From an uncultured virus (IMG/VR IMGVR_UViG_3300009705_003699) (taxonomy: Duplodnaviria > Heunggongvirae > Uroviricota > Caudoviricetes): DNA of 64,000 nt. The DNA lies in IMG/VR virus record IMGVR_UViG_3300009705_003699. One strand, written 5' to 3'. A program made the translations under genes and the position numbers. The notes under the pieces are model-generated. The model had not been told where the DNA came from, ran no database searches, and was given only the letters and a program-made list of their open reading frames with translations. This document shows positions 8,686-20,200 of the stretch, piece by piece; position 1 is the first letter of the stretch, and each line of letters starts with the position of its first letter.

Positions 8686-9822
8686 TTAGTAGTCCAATCT
8701 TACTCTAATCGTAAGTTCGTTATCAATAGACTTCTTCAGAGGTTCAGAAAGTTTAGCAACTGCCATCAATTCATTCTGAGAATTATAGAGCCCAACTGTT
8801 GTGACGTATGCCACAGGATTATCTGAAGCGACATTCTTAACTCTGATTTTGCTTCCCGTCACATACGTGGGGTTAGAACTATAATTGAACTTGCTTGTTG
8901 GCGCTCGACAGAAGTAAATGGTAGAGTTAATCTCGGTAGTGTTATTGAACGAGATGTTCCGGATTCTGTGTCTCAGGGCATCCATAGCGCCAGAGATGCT
9001 GGCAGTCTGCAGGCATTGACGGACATTATATTTCGTCATTGAACCGCCGGCGCGAGTAATCTTGTAAAAGGATTTCTTACCGGGTCCGCCGGCGCCGCCG
9101 GGAGCTTTTGAGCCGCTCTTGCCGGCTTGCCATACCGAGGATGAAAGCACTACGATCCCTGCTTGATAGAAAACAACGCCATACCCGGACTCATTTGGTC
9201 CAGGGTTTGACTTATCATAGAGCACGCCGTAGTCGCCGCCGTCGGCACTACTAATGCCATCGCCATTAACTTTGGCTAAAGAATCTTGCAGGGTCTTGAC
9301 TTTGGTATTGACTCCAGAACCGGTACCGAACGGATCGGACCACGAGCCGGTACCGAGCTTAAGCTTGAATGTCCCTTTCTTGATTTCATCTTTAACGAGC
9401 AATCGAGAAAGGCTTATAACAAAGACGTCTCTCATCGCTCCTTTTTGATCTAGCTTGAGATCGTTTTCAAAAACTCTCACAGCATTGTTGGAACCGGTAT
9501 AGCCGAGAAGAACCTGCGCAAACTCGTTGTACATGTTCGTCTTCTTTTTCATCTGGGTTACGGTTGTACCTGATAGCTGAGAAGAGTTCGCGATACCGGC
9601 GGTTACATCAAAAATGTGATTAGCCGAGGAACTTAGATACGCATAATCATATACCGACTGGAACATTCCATGGGTATAATTCTTAATATTGGTATCGTTC
9701 GGGAACGTTCCATAAGTTCCACTCAATATTGCGCCGGTGAGTGGTAGAACCTCATGTAAGAAGGTTCTGGTGGTTGTGATATCCGTACTTGGATTGATCG
9801 GCTCAAAGCTTTTAACTGGCAT
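8686..9822 (-). CDS. Putative baseplate/tail structural protein (378 aa)
   Basis: C-terminal YVTTVGLYNSQNELMAVAKLSEPLKK resembles the second half of the tail-collar domain. Paralog of 7360..8685. Confidence 0.65.
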   Translation of the reverse strand: MPVKSFEPINPSTDITTTRTFLHEVLPLTGAILSGTYGTFPNDTNIKNYTHGMFQSVYDYAYLSSSANHIFDVTAGIANSSQLSGTTVTQMKKKTNMYNEFAQVLLGYTGSNNAVRVFENDLKLDQKGAMRDVFVISLSRLLVKDEIKKGTFKLKLGTGSWSDPFGTGSGVNTKVKTLQDSLAKVNGDGISSADGGDYGVLYDKSNPGPNESGYGVVFYQAGIVVLSSSVWQAGKSGSKAPGGAGGPGKKSFYKITRAGGSMTKYNVRQCLQTASISGAMDALRHRIRNISFNNTTEINSTIYFCRAPTSKFNYSSNPTYVTGSKIRVKNVASDNPVAYVTTVGLYNSQNELMAVAKLSEPLKKSIDNELTIRVRLDY

Positions 9823-9834
9823 TCATTTACTCCA

Positions 9835-10818
9835 TTATTCTTTTTTTATGATTCGGACTGGCAATTGTTCTGTAACCCCGGTGGTGCCTTCAACATACAC
9901 GGTAGTGTCAATAAACTGGTATGTTCCTGCGGCGCCGGCGACAGTTTGTCCCGTCTTGCCATATCTTTTAAAGTCGTCAGTGGTTAATAATTTAACATCA
10001 AAATTCAAGGCTAGTGCTGCTGCCCGGGGTCCTGCGATAGCAGATGTTTCAGTGTCTGCTATTTTGTCGTTTTGGCGGCGAAGAACATTGTTGTTAATTG
10101 AACGCACACGCGCAGATACATAATTCTTGCGGCCGGTGGTCTTAATTGCTGGGATATTATTACCCAGTGGTAGCTTAATAACCGCTTCACCGGAACCGCC
10201 GGAGTTATCAAAAACGCAGCCGGCGGACGGTCCTAAGACATTAGTAAAAAATCTCGCGTCGACTGCTATATCGAAAGCGGTATCCATTAAACCTTGTGAT
10301 TTAATATATTTAGAACGGTTCGTAGATGTTCCTGCGATCTCTGCTGTGTTTAGTCCAGTTTCAAGAACGATTGATGTTCCACTTCGCTGACCGGCTTTAA
10401 GGACTCTGCGTAATCCGCCGGCGGTGGCGCCGCCAAAGGCAGTTACAAGGGCGTCACTAGTGGTACCGTCATTAATGGCGAGATAATAAATCTTTGTTTT
10501 CTGCATCATAGAGTTGGGAACTTTCGTATTCCTTACAATCGAATTCATGTAGAACATATTGGGGTTTGTGTATGATACCAATCCATAATTGATGCTCGCG
10601 TTTTGTGTTGTTGCCTGGAACACGGGCGTCTGCAAAATTTCCAGATCATAATACGCGGAGCCGGATTTGTGATTTTTGTTATAAAGCTTATAGTTTATTT
10701 CATCATCGCCTAAAGCGAACTTATTTATGTTGAATTGTCCACGTGCCATCCTCTTGCGTCCAACCTCAGTCAGTACGCAGTCTAAAATGATGTCTCCGGA
10801 GTTGTCTAATAAAGCCAT
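9835..10818 (-). CDS. Putative baseplate/tail-collar-like structural protein (327 aa)
   Basis: N-terminal LTEVGRKRMARG.F.I.KFALGDDEINY. Paralog of 10896..11987 (GPR, FKRYG/YKKFG, FIDTT/YVDTT, PVRI). Confidence 0.65.
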   Translation of the reverse strand: MALLDNSGDIILDCVLTEVGRKRMARGQFNINKFALGDDEINYKLYNKNHKSGSAYYDLEILQTPVFQATTQNASINYGLVSYTNPNMFYMNSIVRNTKVPNSMMQKTKIYYLAINDGTTSDALVTAFGGATAGGLRRVLKAGQRSGTSIVLETGLNTAEIAGTSTNRSKYIKSQGLMDTAFDIAVDARFFTNVLGPSAGCVFDNSGGSGEAVIKLPLGNNIPAIKTTGRKNYVSARVRSINNNVLRRQNDKIADTETSAIAGPRAAALALNFDVKLLTTDDFKRYGKTGQTVAGAAGTYQFIDTTVYVEGTTGVTEQLPVRIIKKE

Positions 10819-10838
10819 TAATTTACCTCGCCAATAGA

Positions 10839-10847
10839 ATAATTAGT
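10839..10847 (-). promoter_or_regulatory. Candidate late-promoter motif ACTAATTAT
   Basis: Lies 20 nt upstream of the ATG at 10818, followed by a GAGG SD. Confidence 0.45.
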
Positions 10848-10895
10848 GTTTTTTGTATAAAAAGAGTATACCATAAGAATTATTTATATTTAAAA

Positions 10896-11987
10896 TTATA
10901 TTCCTGCATATCTGATTAGTCTGACCGGTACCATAATTCGAGAATTTGTGGTGCCGCCATAAATATAAATAGTAGTATCTACATAATCGAACTTACTAGT
11001 TCCCATTTCACTAAAAACAATTTGGTTTATTTTTCCAAACTTTTTATATCTGAAATCTCTTTCGCCGGTCGAGTTAGCTTTTATTTGTTCATCTACCATC
11101 ACGTTAAGCGCAAAAGCGCTGCCGCGCGGACCATCCAGCGCAGATATTCTGCCGGCCGAGCGTGTGGCATCAGTGGCGCCATCTTCGGAGTCTGCTACCA
11201 TATTGTTTATCCCCTTGGCGACATAAGAGGCAAAATTCGGAAATTGGTTCTCCAGCGATATAGGAGATATCTCATTTAAAGTCTGGAAGTCTATATTATA
11301 TTCGCCGCTTGGAAAACTTTGAAATTTCGATTCCGGTGAAATTGCTGCCAGTTTTCTAATAAAACGATCATCTACGTTTATAAAAAAATCTTGATCTAAT
11401 AAAAATTTCTTAAGAATATAGTCTATTCGATTTTTAAAGGTTGGTGTCGGCAGCGATGGTCCGCCGGCGGCGGGGTTTTGTCCTATTATTCCGGATTCAA
11501 TAATAATTTTACAATTTTCTAGATTATTGCTTTCTAGGAACTTAAAATTTGGAATTCCTTCTCTTATTTTGGAAGTAGTTTCGTCATTAACCGAGACATA
11601 ATAAGTTGAATCTCTCCATGTTGGTGACATGCTCAATAGATCATTTTTAACAAGAGTCGGCATCCAGTAAATTGACGCATGAATCTCAGGCTCCATCGCC
11701 TCTATCTCGATGTCTTTCAGATATAGAACGCCCACATCATAAGAATTTAATCCATATTGAATATTCTTCAGTCGATCACCATAAGCTTCCAGGGAGAGTG
11801 TGTTCAGAAGACCCGGGCGGTAGTCGGCGTCGTATGCGGCTACCGAGTCATAAAGAGAGTAATCAACCTCATCATCACCTAGGGAAAATTTGGCAATTTT
11901 AAATTTACCCCTGCTCATGAGCTTTCTGCCCTTTTCGGTTAGTATTGCTCGAATTATTATTGAATCGCTTGTTTTAAGGAATGCCAT
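10896..11987 (-). CDS. Putative baseplate/tail-collar-like structural protein (363 aa)
   Basis: LTEKGRKLMSRGKFKIAKFSLGDDEVDY; tandem paralog of 9835..10818. Confidence 0.65.
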   Translation of the reverse strand: MAFLKTSDSIIIRAILTEKGRKLMSRGKFKIAKFSLGDDEVDYSLYDSVAAYDADYRPGLLNTLSLEAYGDRLKNIQYGLNSYDVGVLYLKDIEIEAMEPEIHASIYWMPTLVKNDLLSMSPTWRDSTYYVSVNDETTSKIREGIPNFKFLESNNLENCKIIIESGIIGQNPAAGGPSLPTPTFKNRIDYILKKFLLDQDFFINVDDRFIRKLAAISPESKFQSFPSGEYNIDFQTLNEISPISLENQFPNFASYVAKGINNMVADSEDGATDATRSAGRISALDGPRGSAFALNVMVDEQIKANSTGERDFRYKKFGKINQIVFSEMGTSKFDYVDTTIYIYGGTTNSRIMVPVRLIRYAGI

Positions 11988-11998
11988 GTTCGTGTTCT

Positions 11999-14905
11999 CT
12001 ATCCAATCTCTGGTTCTGCATACATAGTATAATCTATATCTTGTAATTTGTAATTCACATTGAGATCTATTTTTTTGCCGGTCTTGCGCGAAGTTAATCT
12101 AATTTTAAATTTCGTATCCCAAATTAAATCTATATTAGGGTTTCCAATACCAACATTATCTGTTTGACTGCTGGCTGTTTTGGAGAAATCGGCGTTCGAA
12201 GTATCGAGAGTTAATTGATCTAAGTGGGGTTCAAGTTGAAATATTTTCTTCACTATTTTGGAATTTTTTGTATATTCTTCTGGTGTAAATTCACTTGAGT
12301 CTAAGGTATCAAACATAGAATATATATATCCCCCGTCATCCACAAGCTCAGCAGTTATTATTTGAGAAAGAGGGCCCGGCATTCTATTTTCATTAAGAAG
12401 CCTAAATACATAGTAATAAGTGGTATTTGGAACAAGTTTGTCGGCGCCGACCCAACTTGAAAAATTAAATTCAGGATCATTTTCAATTCTTAGGTCTATA
12501 GTGCTGGCTAGTTTATTTTGAAAACTATCGAATGACGTTGGTTTTGTTTTTGTTTTATAAATCTCAATATAGCGGGCTGGAGATTCAGAAAATTGAGTTA
12601 TATCTTGAAATTCAAATAAATTTCTAGAATGTAAGTAACTGAGCCTCATCTCTTCATCCTCGGCGCTGAGGGAAATTGGGTAGGGTCTTTGCTTAAATCC
12701 TTCCACGAATATATTAAATCCCACTCTGTGACTGTCATCTATAAATTGAAATGGAATTGAAGTGTTTGAGTTGGGAGGGCTATCTAGGACTTTTAAAGTT
12801 TTAGCAAACATTGGTACCTCTACAATTTCCCAGCAAGGTTCAACATATAGATTAAAATCAGCAAGTTGTGGGTATTTGCTTATATCTTGCTGCGAGGTTG
12901 CCAATGTATTATATTCTGCCAGCGATGAATATTCAGCTTCGTCGGTGGTGGCGCTATCATCTCTTCTTTCTCCAGGGCTACCTCGCGCAAATAACTGATC
13001 TGCTAACTCTAAAGTTTCTGCATCGTAGAACTGCATGCAATAAAGATCGGGGCGCGCAGACTCAAGGTCGACATACTCGACGGTCGCATCTGCGAATCCG
13101 TCCTCGTCTTTATCGTGAATCGTTCCAATTTGTTTTGTTAGTCTTAGATCTCCATATTTGTATTTAAACGATATGTTAGCAATGTAAGCGTATACTTTAT
13201 ATGTATAATTTATACCATACTTGACTTGAGAATCTAAAATTGATAACATATTCGGACTATGTTCGGAGTTATAAATCCAAAACTTCTGGACTGGTGTGGT
13301 TGTCCCTTCTGGGATTTTTTCCACTTTATATAACAAAACCTCTGCTCTGGATTCGGTAGGATTAAAGAAATTATTGAGCAGAGTCCTTTGGTCCTCATCT
13401 CCACCGGACTCCGTTGGATCATAATCTAAATCTAAAAGATCGCGGAACAGCGTTCTCTGATAATCTAAAGTGTCGTCCAGAGTACCAATTATATTTTTAT
13501 TGTCTGCAAATCGAAAAAGAGTATTGTCCACATAAGTTGTAGTGTGTTCCGGTCTAGATGGACCCATGAAGCAATAATTTTCATTAAGGGCGCCGTCATA
13601 ATTATTATATGCATACTTGAGGACATCTAAAAATTTTAATGTTCTAAATTTTTTTTCAGAATTTGCACTAACAGAGCCGTTGTACGATTGTTTTTGTACG
13701 TTATAATTTCTAGCAGGGAAGGACACCTCGTTTTGCGGTACAGTTCCATCATCTATATCTTTTATTAATTCTATGAATTTTGATGAGAAATTATTATCTG
13801 CTATGATATTGCGTAAGGGATTATGAGGATCAAGAGAGGGTCCAAAGAAAGTCCTCGGTGGATTACCATCGATCGCAGCCACGCTGCTATTAAGTCTTGG
13901 AAACGTCAAAGAGATATTGTACATATCCGTTAAACGATTTTCGCAGGATTCTCCGATAACTTGCGGGTCTATAACTCTCAGCTCTTCAGCGTCTTGTTCT
14001 AGTATGGTGGACGGCGAGGCACCATACCAATTAAAATAAAAATCATCAAAAATTATATTTTCTTGATATTTGGTTACTTGGGCATATTCTTCGCTTGTTT
14101 TGTTGCGAGTCACAAAATTGTGACCATAATATTGATTTCTATACAGTTCCAATTCTTTGTATATGGGTACGCCAACGCTACCGGTATAGAAATAGTAATT
14201 ATATAGAGCTTGCTTCTGTTTCGACATTTGGTCCATGTCATGAATTTCAGGAGAAACGTCTTCGCCGGCATCGATGTATCTTACATAATCTCTAATGACA
14301 TAACTATTAATTAATGCCTGTTCCGATGGCGCGGTGGCCGCCCAGTCTTGATACTTTTGTAAGAACCCGTTATAATCAAAATAATTACTTTGAGCTGTAT
14401 ATATTCTTGCTTTTTCTCCAGAAGACATAGAGTCTCCGTACAGAGTTTCTGAAAGTTTTGAATAATATCCGTAAGTATTAAACGCACAGTCGTAGAAGAC
14501 AGCTTCGCTATTAATCAATTTAGGGTAACTCTCTCCTCCCCAAGTTCCACCGTTCATATATATTTGCCAGAATTTATCGCCTTTTGAGTTGTCCTCATTG
14601 GCATATAATCTACAAGGTATTTTAAAATTTGGTTTGTACACATCAGCATTAATTGGCGTCATTAATGCCGGATTAATTTCTAGATGAGAGATATAATCAT
14701 CGTGACACTTGGCTCGATAAACATTGAAACCTCTTAAATCTGCGACCGACTCGATAGCAAGCAGTTGGGGAGTCGTATATGTGTTGGTGCTTTCGGTTTC
14801 TTCATCTGTCGGTGTTTGTGTTTCCCAATAATTACCAAGACGAGTTCTCACCTTGTCGGAAGAATTTTTCATCATGTTGCTAGATATTATTTTAAAAGTT
14901 GGCAT
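11999..14905 (-). CDS. Large acidic putative virion structural protein (968 aa)
   Basis: Long ORF in the tail module with beta-sandwich/FN3-like patterns (VKYGINYTYKVYA, LVPNTTYYYVFR) and a DKDEDGFAD loop. Confidence 0.6.
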   Translation of the reverse strand: MPTFKIISSNMMKNSSDKVRTRLGNYWETQTPTDEETESTNTYTTPQLLAIESVADLRGFNVYRAKCHDDYISHLEINPALMTPINADVYKPNFKIPCRLYANEDNSKGDKFWQIYMNGGTWGGESYPKLINSEAVFYDCAFNTYGYYSKLSETLYGDSMSSGEKARIYTAQSNYFDYNGFLQKYQDWAATAPSEQALINSYVIRDYVRYIDAGEDVSPEIHDMDQMSKQKQALYNYYFYTGSVGVPIYKELELYRNQYYGHNFVTRNKTSEEYAQVTKYQENIIFDDFYFNWYGASPSTILEQDAEELRVIDPQVIGESCENRLTDMYNISLTFPRLNSSVAAIDGNPPRTFFGPSLDPHNPLRNIIADNNFSSKFIELIKDIDDGTVPQNEVSFPARNYNVQKQSYNGSVSANSEKKFRTLKFLDVLKYAYNNYDGALNENYCFMGPSRPEHTTTYVDNTLFRFADNKNIIGTLDDTLDYQRTLFRDLLDLDYDPTESGGDEDQRTLLNNFFNPTESRAEVLLYKVEKIPEGTTTPVQKFWIYNSEHSPNMLSILDSQVKYGINYTYKVYAYIANISFKYKYGDLRLTKQIGTIHDKDEDGFADATVEYVDLESARPDLYCMQFYDAETLELADQLFARGSPGERRDDSATTDEAEYSSLAEYNTLATSQQDISKYPQLADFNLYVEPCWEIVEVPMFAKTLKVLDSPPNSNTSIPFQFIDDSHRVGFNIFVEGFKQRPYPISLSAEDEEMRLSYLHSRNLFEFQDITQFSESPARYIEIYKTKTKPTSFDSFQNKLASTIDLRIENDPEFNFSSWVGADKLVPNTTYYYVFRLLNENRMPGPLSQIITAELVDDGGYIYSMFDTLDSSEFTPEEYTKNSKIVKKIFQLEPHLDQLTLDTSNADFSKTASSQTDNVGIGNPNIDLIWDTKFKIRLTSRKTGKKIDLNVNYKLQDIDYTMYAEPEIG

Positions 14906-16494
14906 CAGTAGGTACTTCCCATATCTGAGGTGGTGGTGGCAGTCGATACTTTCGATTCAGAGGGTGAGTATCCACTCGAATCCATCTTTCCAACTACGGC
15001 TGACATTAGTTTTGGATCTAGTTTTGGTGTGGCTTGCATTTTTGTTTTGTATTCTCTGGGAATTGGATCGTGTTCTATTTTTTCATAAAGATATCCAGTA
15101 TAATAGTCAACATATGCGTTTGCTCTTCCCAACGATTGGGTAGTCGACTCAAATCTTATCGCTAGCGACTTGTCCATATTCTGACCAGAGAAACTGAACG
15201 TTGCTGAGGCAAGAAAGGATCCGTCGTCGCCGTTGGACGCCCACTCAGAATGCTGCGGGGCGGTAGCGGTATAAAAAGCGTCGGTATACTGTGTTCCATC
15301 ACCATCGTTGAGCCGACGAAAAACTCCGCTGCCGCCGGGCTCTAAAATCAACCCATGGGGATAAAGAGGTCCGCAGTATTCATACAAAAAGGCGCCAATG
15401 GTGGAGGGGCATATATTACCGTCGGGACCGGGTGTGAAACCTTCATCATCTGTAGCCTTTATTGCGGGGTTACCCAAGCCGCCGGCTTTACCTACGCCTC
15501 CGGTGCTTCCTTGAGTTCCTGTTTCCTGGAAGCCCACCTTGATGCCCTCGGTGTCCATGTACCCATCGGTACCGGTATATTCGTTTACATTTTCAAAACC
15601 CGCGAAGGATTGTCTCGTCACTGAGGTTGATTGGACTTTTATGAGGTTTTTAGCCTGCGTGTGAGCTAACACTATCGAGTTTGAAACGGTGTAATAGTCA
15701 TCCCAGTTTTCTATATCGGTGTGGATCTGGAACGATTGGGAGCCGATGGTGCCCGCCTGGATGTAGGCATCGAAGCCCTCCGCGTACTCATCGGAACCTA
15801 AAGCGCCGAACATGCCGAGGTAGTAAGTATCTATAAATGTATTCCAAGAGCCGGCAGACGATGTGTCGGTGTCGGTCTGATTTATAGTTCCAAGATACTC
15901 CCAATTGATGGCGTTGGCGACGCTGGTAATACCCTGGGATGGATCACTGATTCCCCCTTTCTCTCCAAAGTATTGAAAACTGCTAGTATATCGAAAATAG
16001 TCGTCACTATCCAGGAATCCGGCTCTTTTCGATCCATATTGACCCTCACCAAAGTCCTCGGCTATTGATGTTCGCGGTAGACCGATCGGCACAAGTGCAG
16101 CTCTTTTCAGATACATATAATAGAGGTTATCTTCAATAGCGGCGCCGATATTTGCTAGGGTGATAGTGCCTTCAGCTGTGCCGTCGCCGGAGAAACCCGT
16201 ATAATACAGTTCTCGATAATCGTCCGCCTCCATGACCCACTGGTAATCGTCACGCATTGGAATAAGATATTTCAAGCTAGGGGCGCGACCTGCCCAGGGA
16301 AGATATTCTTCTGAGATTGATATACTTGCTTTCTCTAAACTATTCTTAACAGTGAGGCTCCTCGGTCCAAGACTCGCCAGGAGGTCGCCGCTAGCTAGCT
16401 GGGAATAGGACCCTCTCGTTGCTGACGACGCACCAATTGTGGCGATTGTCGAAGCTGCGTCGTAGCGATCGTGAGATCTAGAATATTCGCTCAT
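14905..16494 (-). CDS. Hypothetical acidic G/S/T/Y-rich protein, probably structural (529 aa)
   Basis: Long ORF translationally coupled to both neighbours; no recognisable motif. Confidence 0.55.
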   Translation of the reverse strand: MSEYSRSHDRYDAASTIATIGASSATRGSYSQLASGDLLASLGPRSLTVKNSLEKASISISEEYLPWAGRAPSLKYLIPMRDDYQWVMEADDYRELYYTGFSGDGTAEGTITLANIGAAIEDNLYYMYLKRAALVPIGLPRTSIAEDFGEGQYGSKRAGFLDSDDYFRYTSSFQYFGEKGGISDPSQGITSVANAINWEYLGTINQTDTDTSSAGSWNTFIDTYYLGMFGALGSDEYAEGFDAYIQAGTIGSQSFQIHTDIENWDDYYTVSNSIVLAHTQAKNLIKVQSTSVTRQSFAGFENVNEYTGTDGYMDTEGIKVGFQETGTQGSTGGVGKAGGLGNPAIKATDDEGFTPGPDGNICPSTIGAFLYEYCGPLYPHGLILEPGGSGVFRRLNDGDGTQYTDAFYTATAPQHSEWASNGDDGSFLASATFSFSGQNMDKSLAIRFESTTQSLGRANAYVDYYTGYLYEKIEHDPIPREYKTKMQATPKLDPKLMSAVVGKMDSSGYSPSESKVSTATTTSDMGSTY

Positions 16495-17144
16495 AATTTT
16501 CTAATCTCCACTTTGATTGCCGGCGGAATACCGGAGGGTGTGGCGCTGGGTACGCCGGGCGGAAGATTTGTCATCTGGACCGCACAGCTGCCGGCGGATG
16601 CTTCGACTTGGCTAGCCAAGTCGATAATCTGTACTGGATCTGGAGTATTTTCATTGTAAGAAACATCAAAATTCTTAAAGATTTCTTTTTGGTTTTCTGT
16701 AAGTTCTGGATCTTGAGTAAAAATAGGATCATCATTTTTACGGGGCGCCGGAATTTCAAATTCACCGGGTTTAGTTAATATTCCGTAATTGTATCCAACT
16801 GACTTGTTGTCTTCTATTTCATTACCATAGACATTTAAGTCTTCTGGTTCTATTTTTTGAAAATCGCCGTAGTCGGGTTTATCCAATAGCGTAAAGCTAG
16901 CGCCATTTCCGGAATCAGTAAAGTTGTTTATCGCTTCAATTCCTTTTGCTATCAAAATTGCGTTAGCTTGATCCACACTACTGGCGTTCTCTCCGATCTT
17001 TACATAATCATTAGATTTAACATATTCGCTGCCTTGGACTAGCAAATATTTATTTTTATTTTTCACAGATACTGGTATTTTATCAACGAGTTGGACGCCC
17101 ATATTAGCGAATATAGATGATTTACTCTTATTTTTGCTAGCCAT
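16491..17144 (-). CDS. Hypothetical protein (217 aa)
   Basis: ORF with an upstream CATATTTAT motif; ATGA overlap with the downstream gene. Confidence 0.55.
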   Translation of the reverse strand: MASKNKSKSSIFANMGVQLVDKIPVSVKNKNKYLLVQGSEYVKSNDYVKIGENASSVDQANAILIAKGIEAINNFTDSGNGASFTLLDKPDYGDFQKIEPEDLNVYGNEIEDNKSVGYNYGILTKPGEFEIPAPRKNDDPIFTQDPELTENQKEIFKNFDVSYNENTPDPVQIIDLASQVEASAGSCAVQMTNLPPGVPSATPSGIPPAIKVEIRKL

Positions 17145-17159
17145 TTTGTTTCTCTTTAT

Positions 17160-17168
17160 ATAAATATG
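17160..17168 (-). promoter_or_regulatory. Candidate late-promoter motif CATATTTAT
   Basis: Lies 15 nt upstream of the ATG at 17144, in an AT-rich intergenic gap. Confidence 0.45.
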
Positions 17169-17200
17169 CCATTTTTAAAATTTAGGTTAAAATATCACGG

Positions 17201-20200
17201 TTAAGGAATCACCGGTGCTGTAGCCTCCGCCTCATAGACGGTCGCGAAGGACGGATCCGGGCCGAAGCTAGGTCGATAGAGTCTCCAATCGCCAAGACGC
17301 ATGCGCGGTAATGTCGGATGGGCGCCGTAGGCATCGATGTTTAAATTACTCCAATTCGGGAACCAAAGACCATCTGCGCTGATCAAGTCAGAGACACTCG
17401 CGGTTTCCCAACCACTGATCGCCATGTCGATGTCAGATGCATCGTCGCCCATTATTAAATCTGCAAGTGAAATTGTTAATGAATGACCTTTGAGGGCATC
17501 GAGGTCGAAGGGAGAAAGTCGGAGATGTTTTTGATCAGGGGTAGGATCGGGTATCACGTACGGGTACAGGGAGCCTGCGCGGTCATAGTACATATTAATA
17601 GTCTTGGTGGACACGATGCAAAATGTGAATCTTCCGTATTCGCTCGCCGTGTGGGCTTCCATGTCGCCGGATCCGAACAACTCCGCGTGTACGGACCCTA
17701 CGCCGCAGACGTATTTGAACATTTCAGCGGTGAACATCGTCGTGCCGCCCAGGGAGAGGTGAGTGTCGATGTGTCCTTCGATTGTGAACCTGCGCTCCTC
17801 GGCGGACGTCCCGTCGGGGAATGTGATCGCGTTAGCATAATCGAAGGTCTCCCCGGTACCGGAAGACGTAATGGAAGCTTGTCCAAGGTCCATCAGTAAA
17901 GGAGTCGTAATCTTCTTGCTTAGGGTGTCACCGCTAAGCCCGTGTGAAATTGCATCAGCGCCGCCCTCGATTAACTTGTACAAATCTGAATCAACATTGA
18001 CTAGGTTTTCTAGATAATACCAGCCAGACTGCAGGTACCCTCCAGGAATGTCGGTCGCCTTGATGATCGAGCTTGGCACTGAGCAGAAACCTTCGGTTCC
18101 GGATTCGCCGGCGCTGCCATGGGCATAAACAAGAATTCTGCTAGAGGTGTTAGAGTATCCCCCGTCGGGGGATGTTGGGTTGCCCGAGGTCAAATATAAG
18201 TGAGCGGGGGGGATACCGAGGGGGTGTATGCCCGACATTCCAAAGGTGACGTCGTCTTCCAATTGGGCGTTAAGTAAATAATCTCCGTAGATTACTGAAT
18301 CAATTTGTAAATAGTTAATGAAGTTATGAGTTGCTTCTACATCCCTGAGTTTGTCCCAGTCTGTGGCGCCGTGGTCGAGTTCATCTTCTGCTAACCCTGA
18401 AATCTCTATGGCTCTCTCATAAACTTCTGAGTTCTCAGTCTCTGCGCAAAATTCACGGAAAAAATCTGCGTGTGGGTTAACCTGCAATAAATATTTTCCG
18501 AATCGGCAGTTGAACATCCTAAGCGCTTGTAGGTTTCCTTCTTCTGGAGAAATATTATTTATAATTTTCATAACCTCGGTTTCCATAAGGTCCCTCATGA
18601 GTTCCTCCGAGGCGGGTCCCGCATGTTCAAAGGACCTATACAATATTTCTTTCAATAGTGTGGCGACCAAGGCTCCGCGGACCCAGCGTTTTTCCGAAGA
18701 CTCTGCATATCTTTCGTTTATTGCGTCAACAAAAAATTTATTAAATTGACCATTTAAGTTATTAAAACTACAAAACTCTTCCGCAAAAAGGTAATATTCA
18801 TAAAAATCATTATATGAGTCTCTTATAAATGGCCAAAAGACATCAGTATAAAACCCTAGAGATTTGTCTTTTACTTTTATTTCTATTTTGTATTCCGAAT
18901 TGGTTTGTCCCAGGCTGTTGAGTGTTTCCAGTGCTTCTTGGCGGATTGGGAACCTATCGGACGCGGCATATGCCATTGTATTATAAAATGCCACATCATC
19001 ATCCATTAAGTCCGTATATTCAAACCCCATCAATCGATAGCCGTTTCTTACTCGGTAACCCAGAGGCAATGCAGAGTCGTGTGGGGTCGCGGAGTACCCG
19101 GTGCTGCCGGAGACTCCTGGAGGGGCTAGCCCATATCCGATTAAACTATCGCGGGCGGCTGCATGTTCAGTGTCGCCGGCGTTGGCATTCATCCGTCCAC
19201 TGAAATTAACTGCCGAATCAGCCACAACAAATTTAAGGTACGATTGCTCGGTCTTCGTGGTTAAAGAGATATGATCCCCTTCAAGGTGCCCCTCACCCTG
19301 TGCGCCACCGCCGGATTTGGCATAGATCCCGGGCGCGGCATCGAGATAGCCTGCCTCATCCTCACCATACACACCGGCGCCAGGATCTGACGCGTCACCA
19401 AGAGGACGTAAACACGAGACTTGTTTCTGAGGGAATCCATAGGCATAGTCACTCGTATCGCTTATCGGTGAGACTTCGTAAGATAATTCCTGCCCCGCTG
19501 AGGCTGGTAGATCCCCAGAAAGAACCGTTTTGAGTATCACGGTACGGCGATTATCAAGCCAGTCGTCGATGCCGAGGTCACCATCTTCTCGCAACGATAA
19601 ATTTAATTCTTCTCGAGTCATTTTACATTCCAAAAGGGGATAGTATTTATAAGGAACTCGCATGCGGAAAAATCTTCCCAACTTATTTAATTGTAGAACT
19701 TGGGCAATATTTGATTGAGTATATAAAGCTTTTTCCCAATCAAACCAAAAGTGTCCAGAATTTTTTACTATATAATCATAGTCCTTCAGGCGCGCCAAGC
19801 CAAAAGGATCGTGCATATCATCGATCGCAGCCGATGGCGTATCTCCATCGATCCAAGCGCCGCCTTCTCGCAGTGTTGCTTGTGCAGTTGTAGCCTCGAC
19901 CCACGTTTCAATATCTGCCATAGTAAAGCCAGCGGCTAACCACGCACTAACATCACCCGAGTTGAGGATGTCATCCCAGACATCTTGTCTAAATTGTTCG
20001 TTATCGGATCCAAATCCCAGGAAGTCAGTGCCGGCGCCGATGTCTGCCATCAATGTCATACGAGACATGCGCGCCCATTTTGAGGGAATGAAGTCGTCAC
20101 TACCATTGCCTTCAGTCCCAATATCCCAGAGAAGTGTCGGGTAGTCACCCCATTTTGGAGTAGGGGCGTAATAGATCTCATTAATTGCCATGGCTCTATA

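Noticed and set aside
10881..10888. Canonical T4 late promoter TATAAATA on the coding strand
   Set aside because: A single instance in an AT-rich gap; the motif that recurs before structural genes is TA(T/A)TTA instead.
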